DNA of 64,000 nt from assembly GCA_051313645.2 (NCBI GenBank), contig JBNRSN020000019.1:80662001-80726000 (forward strand), given 5' to 3'. The number at the start of each line of letters is the position of its first letter. Positions within the stretch are counted from its first letter, which is position 1. The notes beneath the pieces are model-generated. The model saw only the letters and a list, made by a program, of their open reading frames with translations, ran no database searches and was not told the origin of the DNA. This stretch comes from Centroscyllium fabricii. Its lineage: Eukaryota. Positions 1 through 9,709 of the stretch are shown here, in pieces. Both the position numbers and the translations under genes were made by a program.

Positions 1-3000
1 TGCTACTACCACACGCGGTTCGATAATAAAGCGCACCGCTGCGTCCAGCCATGCGCATTTGAGCCACGGCCCACCCCAGCCCCCACTATGTCTGTAGGAC
101 ACACAGGAGCACTGCTCTTTGTCACAGACAGCGGCACAGGCCTCCGGTTCCTCTGCGACACAGGCGCACAGCACAGCATCGTGCCAGCCTCCCCAGCAGA
201 AGCCAAACAAGGCACCCGGGGCCCGCCACTCGCAGCGGCCAACGGCTCCAATATTAAAACGTACGGCACCCGCAAGCTCACTATTAGACTTGCAGGCCAC
301 ACGTATAACTGGGACTTTGTTACAGCCCAGGTCACTTCACCCCTCCTCGGGGCAGATTTCCTCTGCGCCCACGGCCTGCTGGTCGATATGACCCGGCGCC
401 GCTTGGTCGACATCAATAACATGTCAACCATCCCATGCTCCACAGGGCCCGCACTCCTGGCCCACGCGGCCGCCCAATGCCGCTCTCGGAACTCCGACGC
501 CTACGGCACACTCTTAGCAGAGTTCCCCACCCTAACCAACCCCACGTTCACCGCCCGCCAGGCCAAACACGGGGTAGAGCATTTTATAACAACCACCGTC
601 CCTCCCGTCCATGCCCACGCCCGCAGGCTCGACCCGGCCAAACAGGCGATCGTGCGCACCGAGTTCCGCACCATGGAGCAACTCGGTATTATCCGCCGCT
701 CCAACAGCCCCTGGGCCTCTCCTCTCCACATAGCCCCCAAGCCGGGCGGGGGTTGGCGCCCCTGCGGTGAATACCGCCACCTTAACAACGCCACCACCCC
801 GGATAGGTACCCCGTACCCCACATCCAGGATTTTTCCGCCAGACTAGCGGGCTGCACGATCTTCTCCAAGATCGACCTGGTGCGTGGCTACCACCAGGTC
901 CCGGTGCACCCGGCGGACATTCCTAAAACGGCCGTCATCATTCCCTTTGGACTCTTCGAGTTTCTCAGGATGCCCTTCGGCCTTAAAAACGCGGCCCAGG
1001 CCTTCCAGCGCCTCATGGACTCGGTCCTGCGGGACTTGACGTTCATTTTCGTCTACCTGGACGACATCCTCGTGGCCAGCACCTCCCCCCAGGAACACCT
1101 CCTGCACCTCAGGACCCTGTTCCAGCGCCTGGTCGAACACGGCCTAATATTAAGCCCCACTAAGTGTAAATTCGGCCTCCAAACCATTGACTTCCTCGGC
1201 CACCGCATTTCCCAAACCGGGGCCATACCTCTGCCCTCCAAGGTGCAGGCAGTCCAGGAATTTCCCCGCCCGCACTCCATTAAGGGGCTGCAGGAATTTC
1301 TGGGGATGGTCAATTTTTACAACCGCTTCATCCCGGGAGCAGCCGCACTTATGGCCCCCTTATACCAGGCCACACGCGGGCAACCCGGCAAAACTGCGGT
1401 AGAGTGGACGGCCGACGCCGACACCGCCTTCACCGCAACCAAAACCGCCCTGGCTAACGCCACCCTCCTAGCCTACCCTAGGCCCAACGCCAGAGTAGCC
1501 GTCACCACTGACACCTCCGACCACGCGGTCGGGGCCGTATTTGAGCAGTGGACCGGCAACTCGTGGCAGCCCCTGGCCTTCTTTAGCCGGCAGCTCCGGC
1601 CCCCAGAGGTCAAGTACAGCACCTTCGATAGGGAGCTCCTCGCTCTCCATCTTGCAGTGCGCCATTTTCGCTTCCTCCTGGAGGGCCGCCACTTTACAGC
1701 CTTCGTCGACCATAAGCCACTTACCTTCAGGATGGCTAAGGTTGCCGAACCCTGGTCAGCCAGGCAGCAGCGCCAGCTCGCGGCCGTGTCGGAATTTACG
1801 ACCGACATTCAACACATCTCCGACCGCGACAACGTGGTCGCTGACTGCCTCTCACGCCCCACTATTAACGCCGCCCAAATGGCGGTCGATTACGCCCAGC
1901 TGGCAGCAGACCAGCTGGCCGACCCTGACCTGCTCAATCCCGCAGCAAACCTCCCCGGCCTCCACTTGGCCAAAATCGCGCACGGCCCCGCTACCACTGT
2001 CGTCTGCTGCGACGTGTCCCTGCCGCAGCCCAGGCCCATCGTCCCCCACGCATGGAGGCGACACATTTTCAAGACCCTCCATGACCTGTCCCACCCCGGC
2101 ACCCGCGCGTCGATTAAACTAATCTCGGCCCGGTTCGTATGGCGCGGCCTGCGCAAAGACGTCCACGCCTGGGCCAACTCCTGTATCGTCTGCCAGCGCT
2201 CCAAAGTCCATAAGCACATCAGGGCACCGCTGGAAACGTTTACAGTGCCGGCCAGACGCTTTGACCACGTCCATATCGACCTCGTCGGACCACTACCGCC
2301 ATCCCGGGGCCACACGCATGTAATGACCATGGTCGACCACAACACTCGCTGGCCAGAAGCAGTCCCCCTCGCTGCCACCAGCACCACGGACTTGGCCAGG
2401 GCATTCATCGCCACCTGGGTCGCCCGCTTCGGCGTGCCCACCGACATCACCTCCGACAGAGGACCCCAGTTTACGTCAGCACTATGGGCGGCCATCGCCC
2501 GCGACCTCGGGGTAACCTTGCATCGAACCACCGCATACCACCCACAAGCTAACGGGCTCTGCGAACGGTTCCACCGCTCTATGAAAACATCACTGCGGGC
2601 CACCCTCAAAGATGCGTCATGGACCGACCGTCTCCCATGGGTCCTCCTCGGGCTGCACTCGGCAGTCAAAGAGGACCTAAATGCCTCGGCAGCAGAACTC
2701 GTCTACAGCCAAGCCCTAACAGTGCCGGGCGAGTTCCTAGCTGAGCCAAACACTCCCTGGTCAGCCGACCAGTACCTAAAGGACTTTGCCAACCCGGCAC
2801 GAGCGTTCCAACCACTACCAGTGGCCCGGCACGGAGAGCCGGCAGCCCGAGTACCGGACGGCATTAAAAATTCGATATTTGTGTTCGTCCGGCGCGACGG
2901 ACACCGATCACCACTACAGCCACCATACGATGGCCCTTATAGAGTGCTTCGGGCGGGAGCTAAAGCTTTCCAGCTTCAAATGGGCAACAGAACAGAAACT

Positions 3001-3180
3001 GTTTCAATAGACCGGCTCAAACCGGCACACGTTATAGCGGGCGAGACGACAGTCCCCGCACAACCACCGCAACGCGGACGCCCTCCCGCAACAACACCCG
3101 CCCACACTCCACCGCAGAACCAGGAACAACGCACAACACGTGCCGGCCGCATCATCCGGCCACCCCAACGGCTCACATAG
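1..3180 (+). CDS. Gag-Pol of a CsRn1-like Ty3/Gypsy retrotransposon (family A); open from base 1, continues upstream of the window
   Basis: Frame 1 carries a CYYH-x9-C-x3-C (CHCC) nucleocapsid motif, protease LCDTGA, RT YLDD, RNase H, HHCC zinc finger, DDE integrase and a GPY motif. PPT ctgggggggagc at ~3207-3218. Confidence 0.93.
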   Translation, partial: CYYHTRFDNKAHRCVQPCAFEPRPTPAPTMSVGHTGALLFVTDSGTGLRFLCDTGAQHSIVPASPAEAKQGTRGPPLAAANGSNIKTYGTRKLTIRLAGHTYNWDFVTAQVTSPLLGADFLCAHGLLVDMTRRRLVDINNMSTIPCSTGPALLAHAAAQCRSRNSDAYGTLLAEFPTLTNPTFTARQAKHGVEHFITTTVPPVHAHARRLDPAKQAIVRTEFRTMEQLGIIRRSNSPWASPLHIAPKPGGGWRPCGEYRHLNNATTPDRYPVPHIQDFSARLAGCTIFSKIDLVRGYHQVPVHPADIPKTAVIIPFGLFEFLRMPFGLKNAAQAFQRLMDSVLRDLTFIFVYLDDILVASTSPQEHLLHLRTLFQRLVEHGLILSPTKCKFGLQTIDFLGHRISQTGAIPLPSKVQAVQEFPRPHSIKGLQEFLGMVNFYNRFIPGAAALMAPLYQATRGQPGKTAVEWTADADTAFTATKTALANATLLAYPRPNARVAVTTDTSDHAVGAVFEQWTGNSWQPLAFFSRQLRPPEVKYSTFDRELLALHLAVRHFRFLLEGRHFTAFVDHKPLTFRMAKVAEPWSARQQRQLAAVSEFTTDIQHISDRDNVVADCLSRPTINAAQMAVDYAQLAADQLADPDLLNPAANLPGLHLAKIAHGPATTVVCCDVSLPQPRPIVPHAWRRHIFKTLHDLSHPGTRASIKLISARFVWRGLRKDVHAWANSCIVCQRSKVHKHIRAPLETFTVPARRFDHVHIDLVGPLPPSRGHTHVMTMVDHNTRWPEAVPLAATSTTDLARAFIATWVARFGVPTDITSDRGPQFTSALWAAIARDLGVTLHRTTAYHPQANGLCERFHRSMKTSLRATLKDASWTDRLPWVLLGLHSAVKEDLNASAAELVYSQALTVPGEFLAEPNTPWSADQYLKDFANPARAFQPLPVARHGEPAARVPDGIKNSIFVFVRRDGHRSPLQPPYDGPYRVLRAGAKAFQLQMGNRTETVSIDRLKPAHVIAGETTVPAQPPQRGRPPATTPAHTPPQNQEQRTTRAGRIIRPPQRLT

Positions 3181-3793
3181 ACTCTTTTTATTCTCCCAGA
3201 CAGATTCTGGGGGGGAGCTGTGTGGCGGCGCCGGGTCATGTCGACCAGGAGGCCGTGGGCGCAGAGGAAATCTGCCCCGAGGAGGGGTGAAGTGACCTGG
3301 GCCGTGACAAAGTCCCAGTGGTATGTATGGCCGGCAAGCTTGATTGTGAGCTTGCGGGTGCCGTACGTTTTAATATCTGAGCCGTTGGCCGCTGCGAGTG
3401 GCGGGCCCCGGGTGCCTTTTTTGCCTTCTGCTGGGGAGGCTGGCATGATGCTGTGCTGTGCGCCTGTGTCGCAGAGGAACCGGAGGCCTGTGCCGCTGTC
3501 TGTGACGTAGAGCAGTGCTCCGGTGTGTCCTACAGACATAGTGGGGGCTGGGCCGGGCCGTGGCTTGAATGTGCAGGGCTGTACGCAGCAGTGCGCTTTA
3601 GTGTCAAACCGCGTGTTGTAGTAGCACCAGCCGGTGCTTGATGGACGCGGTTGCCTGGGAGGGCGCGGGGGCCTGGGTTCAGGCATTGGGTTGGACCTGG
3701 GGGGCGAGTGGTTGCGCTCGATAGCTGCGGCATTGAGGTCGCACGTGGTGGAGCGGGTGCGCTCGGCCGCCATGAGCCTGTCGGCTTCCTCGG

Positions 3794-4317
3794 TGTGGTA
3801 ACCCATATTGTATATATTTACCACTGTGGCGGCACGCCCACTAGGACACCGAATCCGCCTCGGGAACACTGCGGGGCATGGCCCCGCTCATCGGGTGACG
3901 CGATGACATCACCACGACTTCCGGCGTGATGACGTCACCAACGGCGGGCAATTTAAATAAGCCTGCTTCGAGTGGTTCACTCTCTTCTTGTGTTACTGTG
4001 ATGCATTAAACAAGTGTTTTTTCTGTCTCTCTGGCTCACGCGTGGTTCCTAGGCCTTGCTGGCGCTACACCACTGCATTATTGTTGCCAACAATTGGCTG
4101 TGTGTGATACACAGCCTGTAATACTGTCGTGGAGCCAGGTCAGCCACACCTCTAACTCCTCCCCCAGGTGAGGCCTTTATAGGTGAGGACTGACCGAGGC
4201 TCCCTCATTCTGTTCTGATGTTCGTTCGGAGGGTAGCTCCAAAGTAAGTTATTAAAAGCCTATAGTTACGGTAACTACTCGTCCAGTCTTTTATTAAGAG
4301 ATATTGACGATACGTCA
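3794..4317 (+). mobile_element. Solo LTR of family B, inserted in the family-A gag
   Basis: tgtggtaacc...gatacgtca, homologous to the LTRs at 50593 and 55155. 5-bp TSD CTCGG at 3789-3793 and 4318-4322. Confidence 0.9.
3825..4069 (+). mobile_element. Solo LTR of family A, nested in the family-B solo LTR
   Basis: tgtggcggca...gctaca, homologous to 4891-5100. 4-bp TSD CCAC at 3821-3824 and 4070-4073. Confidence 0.9.
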
Positions 4318-5100
4318 CTCGGCTAGCTCGTCCCCGCTCCGGTGGCAGAGGGCCACCAGGGCCGGTCTGATGGAGCGGGGTAGTTTAAGGAGGAATATGG
4401 TGCGGAACAGGGAGGCGGGATCGGCGGTGAGCGCTTGCATTTGGCCTCAAAGGTCCGATGGGTCTGCGTCCCCGAGTTCGGGGAGGTTAAGGAGCTGGCA
4501 GTCGCACTCGAATTGGGAGGGGGTACATTTTTTAAGTAGCGCGGCCTTGAGGAACTCATACCTGCCTGCTGCGGACATGCGCTGTAGCTTCGACAACATC
4601 CGATCGATCGTCGATTGCGGTAGGGCCGAAAAGACCAGGTCGTAGCGGTCGACCCCTGGATGCCATGTGTGCGGCAGCTGGTCTCTATGCACATGAACCA
4701 CGCTGCCGGGCGTTGCTCCCAGAACTCCGGTAGAGTTAGTCTGTGCCCGAAGTTCTGGCCAAGTCCTTGTGATCGAGAAGCTTGGTTTCTTGAAGACATG
4801 TTGCTTTTTAAAGTGTTCTGAGGCTGCTTGGTTTTTAGTCCTGTAGCTGCTGTTTTCTCCTTGGAAGACATTCCAAGTCGGGGTCACCACTGTAGCGCTT
4901 GCAGGACCCAAGAACCACACAGGAGCCGGAGAGACAGATAACACTTGTTTAATTACATTACTAAGCAAGAAAGAGACTGAACCACGAGGAGCAGGCTTAT
5001 TTAAACTGCCCGCTTAGTGACCTCATCGCGTTACCCGGTGGGCGGGGCTATGCCCCGCAGAACTCCCGAGGCGGATTCGTCAGTCTGGTGTGCCGCCACA

Positions 5101-5359
5101 GTATCAATGACCTCGGAGACGAGAAGTTACGAGGTGAACAAAAGGCTTTTATTAGCTAAAAGGTTGGGCATGCACCAGCTAGTCGACTGCTCCCGGAATG
5201 AATGGGGGGAGGGAGACAGTCGCTTATATACCTGTCCTGGGAGGAGGAGTCACAGGCGGGGTTAGCATGGGCATGCCCAGACAAGCAATACACAAAGAAC
5301 TATATACAGTGTTACAGGCCGTTGGTTATATACATATATATACAGAGTGGTTTACCACA
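5101..5359 (-). mobile_element. Family-C LTR, interrupted near one end by the family-A element
   Basis: Ends ggtttaccaca; shares caccagctagtcgactg and cttatatacct with the solo LTR at 31453-31732. Confidence 0.75.
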
Positions 5360-5463
5360 AGCACATTATGGCTTAACACAATGGCAAGTTACACTGGCAA
5401 AAAGATCCCAGCAAACTATCCAGATATTACTGTGTTGAGATATTGAAAAAGCTTGCGCACACT

Positions 5464-6833
5464 TGTAAGAAATCGTGGATTGAAATAAATAATAGTCTGC
5501 TTGGGTTCCCTAGATCAGCAGTTTGCCGAAGTTGATGGCACAGAAAGATTCCAGTCATGTCAGAAAAATAGCGGTACAAAGAGCTGAATTACAAGGTCAA
5601 AACACAAGAACAGGCCTTCGAGTGGGCACAGCTCGGCCTGATAATGGATTGCCGCAAGGAGCTGTAGGATAAACAAGCTGTCTACGAGAGGGCAACAAGA
5701 CCTTCAGAACAGAGATAAGGAGTAAAATGACCTCATGAGGCTGGGAGGGGGCTGTCAGGGGTAGCCTCTCCCTTGTAATTGGACAATGGGATGGGTAAAA
5801 ATGATTGACACCAGGTATCCATCAGCCCATCGAAATAAGGTATAAAAATGACAGAGAGGAAAACAGGCAGTTAGGGTTGAAGGCTTCCCCGAGGTGGCTA
5901 CGATCCAACACCTTGATAAAGTTTAGCCTCTGAGGTGGATCAATGCTGGCTGACGGCCTAACACCTCCAACAGCTCGAAAGACGACCCAACGGAAGTGAC
6001 CGCTGCAGCAGACTACAGGAATCCACCCAATCCAAGACCACCGTACTGCCTCACCGTCCATCCGTCCTGTCATTTCGTTCCGTTCCGGGGCCGTAGATCA
6101 CCTTCATCTGTCACGGGTTGTGTGTCTACTGTATCGATTTCAATTGCATGCACAAGTCCGGCACCGTTACTCCAGACACTGTCAATCCGGAAACTTCAGT
6201 CGTCCGGCACGAATCCGGCTGACTGGTCTGGCAATGCGCAAAATGGCCGCAACGCTTGGCTGCACATGCCCGGGCCTCTCCCCGACTGCCCGACTGGTCT
6301 GCGCATGCGCAAAATGGCCGCAGCGCTTGGCTGCGCATGCCCGGGCCTCTCCCCGACTGCCCGACTGGTCTGCGCATGCGCAAAATAGCCGCCGTGCTTG
6401 GCTGCGCATGCCCAGGCCTCTGCCCGACTGGTCTGCGCATGTGCAAAATGGCCGCTGCGCTTGGCTGCGTATGCCCGGCCCTCTCCCCGACTGGTCTGCG
6501 CATGCGCAAAATGGCCACCACGCTTGGCTGCGCATGCCCGGGCCTCTCCCCGAATGATTGATGATTTGGCGAGCGCATGCGCAGACCATTCAAAATGGCC
6601 ACCGGCGTTCGCGGTGGCCATTTTGAATGGTCTGCGCATGTGCTCACCAAAGCTTCAGTCGTTTGGATTTTTCACTAGTCCGGCACCGGCCTGGTCCTGA
6701 CCATGCCGGATTAACGGTGTCGGACCTGTAGTAGTATCTGATTATGCTTAAACTGTAGCTCTCTAATAAAATACCTTACAACTCCTAACACCCTTTGGAT
6801 AATGTGTGTGTGACCGGTGATCCAAATCTTACA
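5464..6833 (+). mobile_element. Long solo LTR, possibly endogenous-retrovirus type, with a nested MITE
   Basis: Termini TGTAAGA...TCTTACA, 4-bp TSD CACT (5460-5463, 6834-6837), TATAAAA at ~5841 and AATAAA at ~6765. Confidence 0.7.
6153..6728. mobile_element. Tc1/mariner (Tigger-like) MITE with internal tandem repeats
   Basis: Imperfect TIRs caagtccggcaccgttactcc / ggattaacggtgtcggacctg, TA on the right side, ~60-70 bp internal repeats. Related to 34997-35824. Confidence 0.75.
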
Positions 6834-9180
6834 CACTCATAATCCGTTTCAAAGAACGCATGCTAAATAGTATAAACTTAAAGCTATTCATCAGACCATT
6901 ACAAATTTATTATACAGAGTGACATGGCTGGTGTTAAATTTTAAGTACTGAGGGTGCATATCAGAAATTCAGGCCCAGCAGCCCACAGGATTTTCGACAT
7001 ATGGATGCTGCTGAAATTCCTGATATGCGCTCCCAACACGTAAAACTCTGTGCTGGGTACACACTGCAAAGCACATCTACCATTATGTAAGTGTGACAGA
7101 TTGTACCCTCATTTCATCAATATGTGAGGAAAATCTCTTGAATTGTTTTATGCAACAAAGTTAGATCAAACATGTTTTAATTAAAATCTTAACTCAGCTG
7201 ATTTCAATTCTCTTTGTTTGCACATACAACGGCTTAACTGTTGGGTGACTTTTCCGATATTAGGCACTGAAATGCTGAGACTATGAAGCAGAAAGTATAG
7301 CACTCACCAGTCTCAGATGCAGCAGCCATCTGATTTCTGCTGTGGAAAGAGGTTTGGTGAGTCTTCAGTACAAGGACTCAACTTAGAATGGAGATTGTCT
7401 GTTTGACAGCTTCTGAAACGTCATACATTGACATCCTCTGTCACCAGCATTCCCTCAGTTGGCCTGCTAAGCCCACAGGGTGGGCTTAACAAGGTCAATC
7501 AAGGGAAAATAGCGTGGGTTGGCCGGACGTCGTTAGGGGTGGGACTAAATCCCCAAAACCAGCAGTCGCGCCCCCACTGACAAAATCCAGCCCACAATGT
7601 AGGTGGAAAGTGGGAAATAGCCTGAAGTTGCAGCTCTCATAGGCCATTTAAAGGGATGTGCAGAGACAAAGGGGGGGATTTTCGGAGGGCCGTGAGGGCG
7701 GGTTTCCGGTGGGGCGGGGCTTAAAATTCCAAAACAGGGGGGTCCCGGCCCCTCCCGCCGGATCCCCGCCGCTTTGCAGTTTTCAACCGGCATGTCTAGC
7801 CGGCCCGAATCTTTCCCGCCCGCCGCCAGTAGGGTTGATCATTGAGCTCATTAGGGGCCCTGAATTGCCATGGGTTATCCCATTTCAAGGGCCCCTCGTG
7901 ATTTTTGAGCCCTTCCCACCCACACCCCACTATCCTGAAACCCCGCCGGTAAAAGTTAGCGGGATCTCAGCCGGCTTGGTCACTTTCACCTTCAAGGCAT
8001 TGAAGGACCTACAGCAGAATGCCTTCCAGGCCTTCAACACCCTGGAGGTGTAAGTGACTCCCTTCTCTGAGGAGCAGCTGTGAAGAAAACACTCAAAACA
8101 CTTACCTTGACAGATGCTGAAATGCTTCACCGAGAGACGGCCCCAAACTGTGAGCTTTCCAGCGAGTCCTTAGACCGGTCACTCAACCCACTTGGGCTTT
8201 GAGATTGGTTGCACTCCATTGTGATGTCACAATGGACTGTTTCCATAGAAACTAACAACACACAGTCCTTAGAAGTGTCAATCAAGCCTCCGGCTCTCAT
8301 CTGCAGCCCGCTGCTTTCCGACTGGAATCCTTCAATTGGCAGGGGCTCCCCACACGAAGGCCAATTGAGCCAAAATTGCATGGGGCTCCCAGGCCCTTAG
8401 ACATTCGGGACAGAAACCTGATCCAGCCAAAACCCGCCAGGTTCCCACACCTTTGCGAAAATCTCCCCCAATGTCCTGCCAGGACAATGGAACAGCACCT
8501 CAGATGCAACTAGAAGAAGTAAAGCAAAAGAGGGTTTCCTTTGCTCGGGCACCTTGCCCACCTAGGCAGGAGGTGGCTACTTGAGTTCAGGCAATGATAA
8601 TCATCTAAAAGACATGGGAGCAGTTAAATAAAACATTTAACAGCCAAGGTACAGCTAGGCAGTGCTGCACTATATCAAGTCGATAGCAAAGTATGCAGGC
8701 CACTAACAGTTTCCCTTCATCCTGATTGAGGTTTCATGCTAAGCCCTCACAAAACAGTTTGTTTCAAATTTCTAAATGTTCTTCAAATGTCCAACATCTC
8801 AGAAATACTTCTATGCTTGCAGAACAAAGCAATTTACAACAGGAGGAATAGGACCAGAAATGGAGGAGGTTCTCTCCTCACTTAATTACCCCACCCCACC
8901 CCAGTCAACATGAACATTCTGGAATTTGTCATAGGTTGGTTCTTCTCCTTTAACTCTTAGGTTGGCTCTTCCCCTTTAACTGGTTATCACCTTGTTAGCT
9001 CTACTGCCTGCACCTGATTGAACAGCCCAGATTCACCAGTGGTAATCAAGAGCTGTATATAAGCTCCTACTTTCCACCTAGAGGTTGCCAGATCGTTATT
9101 CTTTCTGACTGTGATACCTGTGTTTAGTTCCTAGCTCTCTGATCCTGTCTGTTCGAGATACTGACCTGCTTACTGGAAAT

Positions 9181-9390
9181 TTGGATTCTCTTCTGCTTGA
9201 AATCTGTTTTGGATTTGTCGCTCCCATGGACGGACTACCCGGTATTGTACTGTTTCTGAATTTGGATTCTCTTCTGCCTGAACTCTGTTTTGGATTTGTC
9301 GCTCCCGTGGACGGACTACCCGGTATTGTACTGTTTCTGAATTTGGATTCTCTTCTGCCTGAACTCTGTTTTGGACTTGTTGCCTCCGTG
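9181..9390 (+). repeat. 81-bp tandem repeat (~2.6 copies) inside the chromovirus LTR; same array at 13521-13730
   Basis: ttggattctcttctgc recurs at 9181, 9262 and 9343. Confidence 0.9.
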
Positions 9391-9709
9391 AACTTTCTGC
9401 CGTTATTGACCTACTGTTTCCTATGTCTTTTACTGCTCAGAAATAAAGGAGTTTACTTCTACATATGTTTTCGGTGTATTGCATTTGGGCCCAACCTACA
9501 ACCATTACAGAACGATCTGGCCGACGTCCTCCAAAACGGTCTCAAGAGATTTTCGTGGCACCCAGGTCTACTGCGACAGCAAGGTCACAGTCAGTGGGTC
9601 CCGAACCTATGCAGTTGGGTCGCACCAGTCTCTCATTGGAGGAGCATGAACGACGCCGCCAGGGGATTCTCTGTCTGTACTGTGGCCAGGCCGGCCATTT
9701 TGTTTCCCG

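Larger units (their letters stand above)
3226..5100 (-). mobile_element. Truncated second family-A element: 5' LTR 4891-5100, tRNA-Trp PBS, broken gag, protease
   Basis: LTR tgtggcggca...gctaca followed by gtggtgaccccgac (complement of the tRNA-Trp 3' end). Gag reads LPEFW...AAWF. The DELAE|EADRL frame is restored after removing the nested insertions. 3226-3625 is a diverged inverted copy of 1-402. Confidence 0.88.

Noticed and set aside
6-2669. Numerous antisense and overlapping ORFs over the retroelements
   Set aside because: Shadow ORFs of GC-rich pol and SINE/CR1 sequence with no independent motifs.
6230-6560. Repeat array as a possible CRISPR
   Set aside because: Units are contiguous tandem copies without unique spacers, lie inside a MITE in vertebrate DNA, and there are no cas genes.
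6945-7960. Small imperfect palindrome (~6949-7034) and GC-rich segment (~7670-7960)
   Set aside because: Probably decayed MITEs, but termini and TSDs could not be established.
8790-8830. SIEV-like peptide on the minus strand as a candidate TPH last exon
   Set aside because: Flanking residues do not match DFAK...RPFSVYFNPYTQ. The last exon and exon 5 were not found by eye and are probably outside the window; tblastn would settle this.
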